Shown piece by piece: positions 40,490 to 53,565 of a stretch of 64,000 nucleotides of DNA; position 1 is the stretch's first letter; every line of letters starts with the position of its first letter. The translations under genes were made by a program, and so were the position numbers. A model generated the notes under the pieces. That model searched no databases. It was not told the origin of the DNA and was given only the letters and a program-made list of their open reading frames with translations. The DNA is from Balanoglossus misakiensis (lineage: Eukaryota > Animalia > Hemichordata), in NCBI GenBank assembly GCA_040954595.2, contig CM082596.2, positions 1,579,854 to 1,643,853 on the forward strand. The letters run 5' to 3'.

Positions 40490-43331
40490 ATGGCTGTCAT
40501 GGCGGCGGGAACATCCACCCAACTCTTGGATGAAATCGGAGAAGACTTCCTGACTTGTACCATCTGTTACAATCAGTTCCAGACACCGAAAACTCTTCCA
40601 TGTCTACACACATTCTGCGAGTACTGCCTGATTCCATTGGTGGCCAAGAATAAAACTCTGAGGTGTCCGACATGCAGAAAGCCATTTCAGCTCCACAAGG
40701 GCGATGTCTCACAACTGCAAACCAACTTTTTCATCAACAATTTGATGGATCTGTTGAAAAGGAGACAAAAGGAACAGGAGGAGAAGAGGAGTGTGAAATC
40801 GGAGAATGTTGAGGAATCGATCGATGCAAGGTAAGATTTACCAAAATATTTCGATGGCACCAACAATTATTGACATACAATCTGGTGTCAGTGCAAGGTC
40901 CATGTTAACAATCACAAACCTACACGCCAGTTTTACTGTGGAGTATAAGAGTAGAGTGTTCAGTGTGAGCTTTTCACAGCAAAGTTCTGCCTCTGTATAT
41001 ATTTCATCACTGTTTCTTGAAAGAACAATGTAATAGGAATGGATTAATATCTTAAGACAGCATCTCATTGAGGCATTTCATAGAAATTCATGTTGTTTAA
41101 ACTGTTACCCTTGATCGAGAGTCTATTGCAAGGTCTAGCAGTGAATAATCATTAACGTCTTTCTTGTATGAAAAATGTAATTAACTATATAAAGATAATG
41201 AGGTTTCACTTGATGGATAACTCGTCTGGCATAATTTCAAAATTTTAATTGGATAGAAAATAGTCTTTGTTCAGTAATTTTCATTTCCATGTTTGACGAA
41301 GAAGTGAATGTGATTCACATATCAATGGAATCTCGACGTCAACACTTCAAATTTCACAACCCATAAAGTACACACAAAACAGTATTTACAACTTGGTAAC
41401 AGAGGAATCTATACTCAGTTTTACTTGAATGACCTTGTTTCCAAAGTCAGCCCCTTCATTGTAAATTAGGAGAAAGTTGCCAACATACTTCTTTACTTTT
41501 GGTGTATTTCATTTGGTTATGTTTATTGCTTTCACCCCCGGTTTCCCCCTTAGAGGTCCAACCTTACCATAGAAATAAATGGTTGTACGTGGACTGAACC
41601 ATGGTGGTAAAAGGGGGAAGACTCGACTGATCTCGCTAGTGCCAATAACTCTTGGATGCATGCTGATAAAATTTGCTGATAAAATTTGCTGTCTCTTTTT
41701 TTTATAACAGTCCACAAAGAGATGAGCCTTGGATGACCTCAGAAGATTACAAGGAAGTTCTGCAGGTCAAGATGAATGAACTGAAGATGAAAGAACAACA
41801 GATATCAGACAGTATCGCATCGGCTGAGATGATGAAATCTGACTTGGAGGAGAAACTGAAGGAAGAGGGTCAGAAGGTAGAAGACGTGGTTGAAGACGTC
41901 ATGGCAAAAGTCGCCGCCGAGAAGGAGAGACTGATCGCTGAATTGGAATCGCACTATGAACCGAAGGAGAAAATACTACAGGACTACGTCACAAAGATGG
42001 AGAAAGTCAGAAGTGACATCACAAGTACATACGGTTACATCGAAACCATGATGTGCCATGGCAACACCAGTCAACTTTTATCAACACAACAGGTGACCAT
42101 TAACTGTATCGAGCAGTTGATCTCTATGGATACCAAACTTCAAACAAGCGAGGACCTGTTGATTTTCCACGCGAAGAGTGACTCTTCTGAATCTGGAATG
42201 CTGGGATCTTTGAAATCAGACGTGAACATTTCTAAATACAAAGTGAGTGTCAAGAAAGTTCCGACTCAGCTGATGAAAGGAGAATCAGTGGACCTGCTTC
42301 TGAAAATCAGGGACTCTGACGGCAAACTTGTTACACCCATTGTTGATGTCGTAGCCGAGTTGCAAACTCCGGATAGGCAGGTCCAAAACATCCAAGCCAT
42401 TGACAACCGAGATGGGACACAGATCCTGACAGTGTGCGGTGAAACAGAAGGCAAATACAAGCTGGACATCACCATGGGAGGTCAGCCAATTCCCGGATCC
42501 CCATTCCAGATTCGGGTTGTGAAAGGTCTTGTTAAAACACTTGGGACATTCGGGTTTGGAGTGGGCCAGTTCAACGACCCGTGGGGGCTTGCGATCGACA
42601 AGGACGGAAACATAGTCACTGCTGACAGAGGCAACAAACGAGTGCAGGTGATTGACTGGGAAGGAAACTGCAAAAGAATCCACGAGTTCGGTTCAAGCAA
42701 CAAAGTCTTCAGTCCGTGCGGTGTTGCCGTGTCAGATGAAAACAAACTATTCAGTCTTGACGTCAACAACAAACAAGTGGTCGTCATCGACGAAAACGGG
42801 CATCAAAGCATGCGCTTCGGACAGAACGAACTGAAGAAGCCGAAAGCGATCGCCATTAACCCTCTAGATGGTGCTGTTTACGTGACAGACAGATCCTACA
42901 ACAACTCCTACATCCGAATCTACTCACAGAATGGAAGCTACATCAGATCCATCAAGTTCAGAGGGAAACCAACCGACTGCTGCTTCAACAGCGTCGGGAT
43001 GTTGTACGTGACGGACAAAACAGTCCTCGACTACCAGGGTGTGAAAGTCTTTGATGCCAACTCGCAATACTTGCGGAAGATCAGAGACATTGGCAAAGTT
43101 CCGCTCTTCAACAATCCGAGAGGAGTGACGGTGGACGAGGATGGATTCATCTACGTCTGCGATGAGCATCGGATTTTGAAACTGAACAGCACTGGAGACT
43201 TTGTCTGTCGGATCGACAGTCGCAAAGATGGACTCTCATATCCATCAGGAATCGTGGTCACGCGCACAGTTCCACGAAAACTGGTAGTTGCTGACAAAGG
43301 AAACCACTGCATCAAGGTGTTTGTCTTGTAA
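40490..43331 (+). CDS. TRIM-NHL-type E3 ligase-like protein (RING, coiled coil, filamin, NHL repeats), no B-box; 2 coding exons
   Basis: Exon 1 40490-40830: C3HC4 RING CTIC...PCLHTFCEYCL...CPTCR. Phase-2 intron to exon 2 41711-43331: coiled coil, filamin (DNRDGT...GQPIPGSPF), NHL repeats (FNDPWGLAID, FNNPRGVTVD, VADKGNHCIKVF). Confidence 0.88.
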
Positions 43332-45075
43332 TCGCCATCAAGCACACAACACTGGACAGACAAGTGAACTAAAACAGACATACCGCAAAACTGTGTCTGT
43401 CAGTTGTAAACTTGATATGAACAACATCATGACTGTGCTCTATAAACACAACCAAAAAGTATCAAACAATTGCTACAAGTTCAACCACAAGTATGTCAAC
43501 CATGCTGGGATTTACAATGCAACCATATGTTTTGCCCGAAAACAAAACTGATGGAAAACACCAGTTTTATGTAAACTCAAACACTTAACGTTATTTTTAT
43601 CTACTTTTCATGACAAACTGTAGTATTTGAAGTGCATTAGATGGTATATTATGATTTAAGGTTCAAATCTAATCCCCTTTCACGTAGATAGAGTGACTTG
43701 TGCTTCATTTATCTTATTGTAGTTGTTTCTTTTAAACTTTCATTTACAGTGCTGTAGTAGTCTGCACGTCTCTAGGAATTGGTTCTAGATCTATTTATTC
43801 TTTTATTTCACCAGTTATGACAATGATTTTGATGTTATTCAAATCTCTGGGAGAAGCATAGCTCAACCATGGCATATACATTCTGATTTTGCCCACTAGG
43901 TTGGGTTATACACTGCAAAATAGTACTTCATTTTAAAAACATTCCATGATACTTATGATTTATAGCGTAATCAAGTAAACTGGCTTGACAGTGAGAGCCA
44001 CTGATGTTTGTTATTGCAAAGCATTTACTGCACTTTTTTATGTAGGTTAGTAACTTTTTTTATGAATTACTTGTATCACTTCATGTACACATCCTCCAGG
44101 CATACTTGTACATTCAGAGATTTCGAAAGATTATGTACATTCCAAACATCATAGTTTAATTTTTCAGAAGCCTGGAAGAATGTGACATGGTGCATATTAC
44201 ATAGAATAAAACATTTCAAATTTGTCATGGGAGTTTGGTGCATTGAATTTATTGGATAACTCCATCAGTCCAACGATGACAAGTGGACTATGAAGTGGGT
44301 GTACTTTAGAATAGCCCATGTTATTTTTATGCTTTTTATGTCCTAATAAAAGTTGGTCCCCATCTCTTACTAGTTACAAATAATTGCCTGTGTTAGTTTT
44401 TCGGCTTACACTATCACACCAATTTCTATGCAAGTTCTTAGCTGGGAAAACAGTGTAATAACGTCTGGACTTAGTAATGGATTTCGCTCCAAACAATCAT
44501 GGCACGTTGCACTTGCAGGCACCGGGACAAATTTTGCGAAATCAGAGTCACTTTGAATCATGCGACTGTGGTTTGAATCTCTCTGCTTTCGCAACATTGA
44601 TTCCGGTGCCTGTAGCTTCAATTTTAGTTCAAAATTCGCCATAATTACTGGAAAAAAAAGATTAAAAACTTACATTGCGCTTCCCTTGTTCTTCTATGGA
44701 GGCATTATTATAATATCAGACGATGAGGGCGATGTTTTGCTGTAAGGTCATTTGAGGTCACCACATACATACGTGACCTTGCAGTGTCCTTACACCTCAC
44801 TGGCATATATGATTTGTTGCGCTTACTGCGCGATATAATCTAGCTTTTCAAGCCTTTTGGTCTGCCGTCCTGTCCATATAAATAAATCTATGCATTATCT
44901 GATGCTAAATATAGGTAGATCACGAGTTAAACGAAGCTAAGGTGACTAAGGCTCAGCCTTTGGAATCGTTATACAGCACACTGCACAGTGCGCAAACATC
45001 AGCCTCGACTTTTTAAAGCAAACTATTACATTCTTTTATTCATTCATTTCGTCTCCCTTCATTCATTCATTCAAA

Positions 45076-46005
45076 ATGACGAACGAGTGGCCAGGATTCT
45101 TCTATGACGGGTGTTATTTCCTTGACTGTCTGTACCATATGGACACAGTGAAAAAACACAAGATGGAGGATTGGGACATCAGAAGTGACGACGTTGTCAT
45201 AGCAACATTCCCCAAATCAGGGACGTATTGGATGATGAATGCAGTGACAAAGTTGTTCGGAGATCTAAATTTATTGTTGCCGAAGACAAAGAGAGCAGTC
45301 CGTCTTGATCAGTTATGTGAGAGTTCAGAAAATAAACCTGGTGAATATGGAGAACATACCAGGCTCTTGAAATCGACATTACATGAGATGCCCTCTCCAA
45401 GGTTATTTTACTGTCACCTGCCCTTCCGATTCTACCCAGCAGCGTGGAAAGAAGGACGCAAGAAATGCAAAGTTATATACATAACTAGAAACCCCAAAGA
45501 TGTATGTGCATCTTTCTATTATAATATGAAGGATCTGACTTTGGTTGACATGACATTGACCTGGGAAGATTGGGTCACTGCGTTTATGGAGGGTAAAGTT
45601 TGGTTTGGTCCCTGGTTTGATCATGTGATTGAATCAAGGCGTCTGGTCGAGCATTGCGGTCTACAAGACGATGTGCTGTATGTCAACTTTGAAGACATGA
45701 AGAAAGATTTGAAGTCTGTCTTGTCCCGAATTGCTGACTTTCTTGGGCGTCCAAAGTCCGATGAAGAACTTGAGGACGTGGTACAGGCCTGCAGTTTTGG
45801 TGCCATGAACAAAGATGATGATTTCTACCGACTTGTATCAGCGGCCGCAGACACACACTCATTTCAGGATGGTGCAAGGCATTTACGCAAAGGCAAAGTT
45901 GGTGATTGGAAGATGCATTTCACAGTCGCACAGAACGAAGCTTTTGACCGTGAAATCACGACTAAAGCAGAGAAGTTTGGATTAAAACTGATGTATGAAA
46001 TGTAG
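45076..46005 (+). CDS. Cytosolic sulfotransferase (SULT1-like), intronless CDS, 309 aa
   Basis: 5'-PSB TFPKSGTYW, catalytic His in CHLP, 3'-PB RNPKDVCAS, RKGKVGDWK motif; AATAAA at about 46028. Confidence 0.92.
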   Translation: MTNEWPGFFYDGCYFLDCLYHMDTVKKHKMEDWDIRSDDVVIATFPKSGTYWMMNAVTKLFGDLNLLLPKTKRAVRLDQLCESSENKPGEYGEHTRLLKSTLHEMPSPRLFYCHLPFRFYPAAWKEGRKKCKVIYITRNPKDVCASFYYNMKDLTLVDMTLTWEDWVTAFMEGKVWFGPWFDHVIESRRLVEHCGLQDDVLYVNFEDMKKDLKSVLSRIADFLGRPKSDEELEDVVQACSFGAMNKDDDFYRLVSAAADTHSFQDGARHLRKGKVGDWKMHFTVAQNEAFDREITTKAEKFGLKLMYEM

Positions 46006-46275
46006 CACTTCTTGTTCTCTTCTGTACAATAAAGTTGTTGGGCAGATGAGTCATATTTCTGTTGGCATAAACTTTATTCATTATAAAAAAATATGTTCAG
46101 AAAAACACCATACCATGTATGTTGTCGACAAGATACAGATGAAGAATCTGAATTTCAGACTGTGGCTGATTGCATGATATATTAATATTATAAATGACAT
46201 CACTTGAGTAGAGCACTATTATTGCAGCTACTATGTAAGTCCTAAAAGAACAATATCCCAGGTACTGATCATGTG

Positions 46276-49200
46276 CTACGAGCAATATGCACCGGCTGCA
46301 AGGAGTAGATTCTTTCTGGTGAAATGTGTGTGGAGAACAGGAGTAGACTTGGTCGGATAGGAGTCCAGTAAGTAATTGGTGTTTTCTGACCTGGAATCCA
46401 AACAAAGTGTGACATGGTAATGAACTATTGCAAGTTGCCAATGCTGTTCTGATGAACATGTATTCTGTAAACGATAAGCAACAAAATACAGCAGCAAACT
46501 TTATGTATGCATGCATATCATTTTACACAATCTGTTCACATTACTTACAATGTGATGTGCGTGGAGTTGGTGATTTCTTCTGTGTCAACCTCACCGAATG
46601 CTTTATTCACGTCCCATAGTTTCACACAATTATCTATGCCACCTGCAATTAAATGTAAATCAGATGAAGACATCAGTACTAAATTTCCAACTGGCTCAGC
46701 TTAGGCTAAACCCAGGGCCAGTTTGAGTTAGCGAATTGGGCCAGCAATAGTCACATATATATAGCACACAAATACATACAAAATAGCACCAGCTAAATCA
46801 GGCTACACATAAAATAGTCAGACTCTCACCTGATGCCAGCACAGTTCCATCTCTGCTAAAAGAGAGTGCATAAACTGTGTCTGTGTGTCCTCTTAGTCTG
46901 CCAATCAGAGTGCCATGTCCGATATCCCATAATAGTATTGTCTTGTCTACCCCAGCTGTTGCAATGTGTTTTCCATCAGGGGAGAATGCTATTGAATGAA
47001 TTGGTCCCTGTTGGCAAAAACGATGCATCATATCTTATCAAAAGTGGACCCTTACTACACAAGGAAGTTAACATCTTAGGAAACACAGACCATCATTCAA
47101 GGTAGTTGTTGTATGAGAATAGAAAGTTCGCTTACTTTGTGTCCTGTAAGTACTCTAACACAGTTTCCAGAGGATACATCCCAAAGCCTGCATGTTCTAT
47201 CACTTGAACCAGTTGCTATGTAATTAGAATTGGGATGAAATCTTGCAACCTGGAAGGAGAAATTCATAACAGAATTGTACAATACACATACAAAGGGTAT
47301 GTTTGGATTAGGGATCAATAACAGTAAACAAACTTTAAAATGTAAATCAATTAAACTTACATCTACATCAGACAGATGTCCAGAAAATATCCTGAGAGGC
47401 TGGTGGTTTTCTGTTGCCCACAGTCTGGCCGTCCTGTCATGTCCGGCTGACACAAAATAATATCCATATGGCCTGAAAACACAGACAACAGGAATGTATT
47501 CATTGTTGAAATAATGTGGACTCTTTGGGCAATGATGGCACAACAGGCAACACTCCTATATTATGCAAATTCAAAGGCAGATAATCAGCATATACACTAC
47601 TTACGCAAACTGTACATCCCAAACAGGATAGTTGTGGCCTTTATAACATACTAAATTGACATACATCTGTAAACTCCACAGCCGCACTTCAATGAAAAAA
47701 GGTACTGAAGTTAGTGTGTGTATGTATACAAAAATATAGTGTCGCTTTTTCAATGAAAAAAAAAGATTTAAAAAAATGTCTGAATGCTTCTAGGACTGCT
47801 CACCTGTTCCATCTTCTGAGCATGACAGGAGCATCGTTCTGTCTGGACTGAAGCTAGTGGCATTGACTGGTCCGCCGTGACCAAGCAGAGTCCTGCTATC
47901 TGTGGCTGTCCTGTTAGGAAACAAATAACAATCATGTGATCATTTTTGACCTTGTTTACTATACATGTAGTCATTTGATAACTGTCCAAATCAGTCACAT
48001 CACAGTCACAAGATGGCATCCCACCTATCATCCATGATTCTCTCCAAGACATCATCAGCATCTTTATCAATAGACATCAGATCATCTGCCTCTTTGACAC
48101 AGCGTAGCTTCCTTGGTGTCAGTGGCCAGACACGGATTTGGGAATCTGCAAAGCCTACTGACATGAGACTTGAGTCTTCCGAGATTTCTACTGTTGAGAC
48201 ACTGTAAAAGACAATGTAGAAGGCTATTGGGTGTTGACATTGTAACAGACCAGCAAATGCAAACCCGGTGAATGTTTTGATGTGTAACAACAAAGGCACC
48301 AAATCTCAGAGAAAAACCAGATCAACTCACCCTTGATAAGCATTCAGGAATGTATAAAAACAAATCGATGGAAAATTATCGGGTCCAACTTTGACTCTCT
48401 TCATGGTTTCTCTCAAAGCTAATGCCTTCTCCATCTTGTCAATGTCTCGTCTGAAAATGAGAGGAAAAACAAGACAAGATACAATAGTTTGGTTATCACG
48501 AATTCACGAACATAGACCATTGACGATGATTAATATGTTGAATGCATCCTGTAACCCACAATATAAAACAATCTTGGGACTGAATTATAATGCCCCCCAT
48601 CTTTACAAAAGGCTCTCATAGAAGACACACACAGAAGTGTCCTTTAAAATGCAACATTGAAGAAGAGATCAACTCACAATTCTGGCAGTGGTATTCTGTT
48701 CTGTTGCGGAGCATTAGGATCTGGTTTATTCTTCTTCCCCATCTGAGAGTCTTTTTTCACTTTCTTTTTCTTTGGTTTGTCATCACCTTCTCCTAGATCA
48801 TCATCTTCTTCAATTGGTAGATTGATATCAGGTTCTTTCAGTAACCCATAAAATACCTTCGTTTTGTTGGCTGACAAAAAAATAAAATTCACGAGAAAAC
48901 AGAATTATATACTGATAATTCATTTACACCGTTCATTAAAATTTCCATCACTGATTAGAAGAGTTCTTACTCCTTACCTTCTCGTCTAGCTGCTCCAGTC
49001 ATAGCACCAGCTGTGGCATCAATCTGTTGCTTACTTCTTGGCAAACCATCAAAGACTGTCAAGAAAAAATGCATAGTGAGATCCTGCCTCAAAAGACACA
49101 CAAATGACTTGATAGATACATTATTAGACTTTAACCCATTCCCCTGTACATTGACTCAACTGAACCACCCACAGTAGGGTATGGTTAATGAAGTATACCT

Positions 49201-50671
49201 ACCATCTATATAGAGATGTTCTTGAAGGATGTCTAGGAGAATGCTTTGCTGTTTGTCTTGTAAATGCCTTTTTAATAGTTGATAAGAATCTCTCGACATC
49301 TTGATTGTAAATTTACTCGACCTGTAAGTTGAGAGAAATTGACAGTGTTGAATTGTAGTTATGACCAAGTCTGTGGAAAACATTGAGAATTTGATTTTGA
49401 CCGCTAACCAAGGGGGAACGTTCACATCACCTGAAATTTATCATGAGTTCATTGCTCTTCATGTGTTCTTTCTTGGTTACGGTGGATAACTTGACCAAAT
49501 CATCCAGGTGGTACTCTTCTTGTATGCCATGGAACTTGCCAAAGAAAGACTGTGCTGTGAATGCCAAGAAAGACAAAGGTACATCATTACATGTATTCAA
49601 GGTATTCTGAGACTTTACTAACGTACTGACATGTAACAGGAAATGTTTTAAGTGGAAAACATAGGATTAATTACCTTCCTCTTCATGTTCATTATAAACC
49701 AACTCCAAGTACATATGTACAAATACCGGATACAGTATCTGAGCTAGCTCACTCTGTTGGCAGAAAACAATTTTAGAGCCAGTTACAGAGGTAAGAGACA
49801 CTTGATAGTTTGTCAAATGACAAGATGCACTATTGACAGACATCCAACATTTACAACTCCTGGTCATTCATCCTATGTTTTTTATACATACCTTGTATCT
49901 ATCCAGTGCAGACTCTACGAACGAGATCACACTGTTGTAGTACTCTTCATATTTGGAGGGATCACCTTCACTGCAGGGGGTATAAAATAAGACACACAAT
50001 AAAATATCTTAGGCTTGGTAAATGTGAGCAAATCAAACTGATTCATTAAGGTTTATGAAAGTATCAGTTGTGTGATTGGCTATGTTACAAAGATACCATA
50101 GACAGTAGAGGGGGGAAGACACCCTCTACTGTCTATGAAGATACTTGCAGATACAAATGTACTATGGATACCCATGTTAACTTTGCTAGATATATTATTT
50201 ATGAAGTGACTGAAGGTACCTGGTATATGCAGATAATACAGATGACACATCCTGTTCTGTGGCAGTTGGTTCATCTTCTGTGGCACTTATGTTGGCCTCC
50301 TGGCGCAGTAGAGCTTCTGTACCCTATTAGTATTAAAACAGAGATTCCTTACTTTGTAGGATCGCGCAAGCATATGCCACAACCAATGCACAGTATAATC
50401 TAGCCCCACAACCTCTCTACCGGGTTGCCAGGGCTTTTGAATTAGCCGCTGTATCATCTTGGGCGTCTGGTCCCGTTGTCGCCCTTTGCTTTCTTCAGCT
50501 CACCTTTAAATTGCTCTTCTTAAGAAACTGCAAAACAGCCATGAGAGTTTGTTTATCCATTGGTTTCGCATCACCACTACCCGTTTTATTGGCCGAGGCA
50601 GTATTAACTTCCATCTTCACCGGAGGTCCCTCCACAGATTTTTCGCCTTCAGTTTTCATGGTGTCCGCCAT
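46276..50671 (-). CDS. TAF5: Transcription initiation factor TFIID subunit 5 (LisH, NTD2, WD40 repeats), multi-exon
   Basis: Exon 1 50671-50504 ends in Lis[19 protein letters not shown]; [19 protein letters not shown]; [16 protein letters not shown]; WD40 exons ([21 protein letters not shown]); C-terminus [27 protein letters not shown]. Confidence 0.95.
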
Positions 50672-51040
50672 GTTGTTGTTCTTTCACCGGAAGTATCCTG
50701 AGCCTTTCGGGAACCTAACAGAATTGTGCGTTTTTTAACATACAAATAGTTTAGTACAGTTTTGCAATATTATAAGCAATAGAACAATAAAAGTGCTATA
50801 AATTTTGCATAAAGAGTGAAAAGAAACCATTTCGCAGTATGGACTTCACAGAGGTGTAGCAGGTCAGAACAGGGTCAACATACGGGAGATTGGTCTTTTT
50901 CATGTCGTCCATTTTGCTACAGTAAGTACGACTTTCATGGTGCTGACAAAATCCGTGAAATCTTACGAATATGATCATCATCGGACACTTTTATTAACAC
51001 AGTTCTTTTCTTTTGCCTTTAACAGCTTCCTGTGTTAAAC
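50672..51040. promoter_or_regulatory. Bidirectional promoter TAF5 / RPL41 with polypyrimidine (TCT/TOP-like) start for RPL41
   Basis: Divergent ATGs about 370 bp apart; ETS-like CCGGAAGT near 50687, YY1-like CCATTTT near 50909, pyrimidine tract TTCTTTTCTTTTGCCTTT at 51003-51020. Confidence 0.65.
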
Positions 51041-51650
51041 ATGAGGGCAAAGGTAAGTCGATAAAATAATTAAAACGTATGATCCATGGTAGCATCTTCA
51101 GCATGTTCGTTTCCCAGATAAACATACAGACCTCGGAAATTGACACGATCCACTTTTTACGTGGCGTAAACTCGTTGCTAATAATTGAGGATAAGAAATC
51201 GCATGTCAACATTGCAATACCTCACTTAAATTATTCTCACTGTAACGTTAGAAGTATCAGATTTCTATCTGCATGCAATAGTTCACTTGTCAAGTGCGTG
51301 TGTCGCAGGTAGCAATGCATAGTAACAATACTTGTAAAAGCAAGTTGGGAGGGGTTCTCTTGATTTGGCATAAACAGTAGTACCATACACAACACTGACC
51401 TCTATGTATGTATGCTGATCAATTTCACTAATCATTTTCAACTGGTTTATTTCTTACAGTGGAGGAAGAAGCGTATGCGAAGGTGAGTTTGTCTCTATTT
51501 CATCCCTTACCTGGTTCCATTGCTTGCCCACAGATTGCAAGAGTTAAGTTCATCTTCATTGAAAGACTCAAAATTTGACAATTTGCCATCTTGTGTATTT
51601 CTTACAGACTGAAGCGCAAAAGGCGAAAGATGAGGGCAAGGTCGAAGTAG
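51041..51650 (+). CDS. RPL41: Ribosomal protein L41 (eL41/eS32), 25 aa, three coding exons
   Basis: Exons 51041-51052, 51460-51482 and 51608-51650 (GT-AG) splice to [25 protein letters not shown], near identical to human [31 protein letters not shown] near 52163. Confidence 0.97.
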
Positions 51651-53565
51651 ACTGTCCCATCAACATGTGCACCCGCTCTTCATCACTGAAAGAAAACCTC
51701 TTCGGACAAAACTGTATGGAATGGTTGCAGGCTGATGGACCAATTGGACATGGATCGTTCCCATAGGCAAAAAGTTGCAGACCATCAAGGATTATGGTCC
51801 TGGAGTGAAGATCACAAGTATTGCCCAATGTCGGTGGACTGTGGTGTGTGGAAGGCTGATTCAAGCTGTTTGACACCTGAAAAGCAACTGCAGAAGGCTG
51901 ATTCAAGCTACTTCATGCAAGGACATCAAAAGGGCAACTGCAGAAGTCCATCCAATCGTGGAATAGATAAATTATCGTGACTTGTGGACATGACCAATGG
52001 GACTATTCTGTGCAATGTTCAGTCTCACCAGATGTTGACTGTTGCATTCAAATATTGTTCTGAAATGTGAATTCTATCAGTGATGCATAGATGCTTCTTT
52101 ATATTTTCCAGTTGAAGACTTTTTTCCATCTTTATGAAGAAAAGTGTATGTGTAAATGGATTATTAAAAACACATTCGTGTGTGAAACCATACTTCTCTC
52201 TCAGTGCCTGTGTATTGTATAATGTGCAAGTGGTCCAGGTAATGGTTCGTACCTCAAGTCTTTGTTAGTGTGCTGATGCTCTCAGAAGACTCAACATCTC
52301 CATAGAGTCGGGCAACATGAAAAAGTTAACTATTTTACAATCATTATTTTATTAGATCTAGTCCAATTCAGGTTCCATAAAAAAGATATCCACTACAACT
52401 ACATAGTCACAGATTGTTCATTAAAATTAGATGGTGCAAACTCCACCATAGATAGTTTACAAGTTGTCACAAAGACTTGTACTGAGAGTTGCATTTGGTT
52501 CACCCCAACAACACGCCTATACATTCAAACTTGACACACTAATTTGAAAGTTTCCTTGAACTGATGTTAAGTACACCATGATGCCTCCATTCTGTTAAGT
52601 TGTCATAATTAAACAGACATTGGTCTGGACTGAACTTGGAAGAGAATCTGACCAGTCTGTCGCATCAAAAACAAGTCCTTCCACAAATTTTAACTTTGAC
52701 CACAGAGGGCGCACATACTACCGGTAAGTAGACTTACCCACAATGCAATGCAACATTCCTTAATCTGACCTATGACACACAATACTTCAAGCAAAAAGTA
52801 TTATGTCGTTATTTCAAAAATAAACTATAAAAATAGTTTTTGATCATGGAAGTATACTCAAAAAATAAATGCCAAATTACAGAGAAAAGTCAACTTGCCA
52901 CTAAAATTTTACACACAAAAAAAAATATTCAAGTTATCCATCATGTACAAATCTCATTCACTAGTAACAAACTGGTGGCAAATGTCATGTAAATAAAAAC
53001 TGCAGGCAACCAAAACTTACTGAACACTGACAATTCAAAACCAGAAAAGGCCGTTTGGAAATAGCAAAACATCAAAATTATTGTACTCCCTGCTACAGTT
53101 TGATCATGAGAATTTGGGAGCAGGGAATATTTGGTGGGAAACAAATATTGATGGGTTAATTGTCTCTTGAACCCAAAACTGCCAAAAAATTCACACAGAA
53201 TCACCCATTGGCACAGTAATTGTAAATGGCACTGCGGGGCTGTCATGGTTACTTGGTACAGAAAATATTCATTTATATTTCCAATCATCTTCACTAGTTA
53301 CCATGATAATTATTATAAAAATTTATAATGATATCAAAAATGATAAATTTTATGCTACATAGAAATCACTTCTACCAGGCTTCCAGTCATAATATACACA
53401 GATTAAGCTACCCTGCTATATTCAAAAGAAATAAGTATTCCTCATCTCTTAGGCAAAAACTTATGAAAGACATGATTAACCAGCTTCAAAATCATTTGAA
53501 ACATAACGATTATACAACAATTTGTCGGAGTTGCTGATTCCTATTTCTATGGAATCTTCAAAATC

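Noticed and set aside
51053-51459. Possible snoRNA in RPL41 intron 1
   Set aside because: No canonical C box (RTGATGA) and D box pair with a terminal stem seen; an H/ACA RNA cannot be judged by eye (needs Infernal/Rfam).
51575-51980. ORF-track proteins over the RPL41 last exon and 3' UTR
   Set aside because: Wrong frame; the real product is the 25-aa spliced RPL41.
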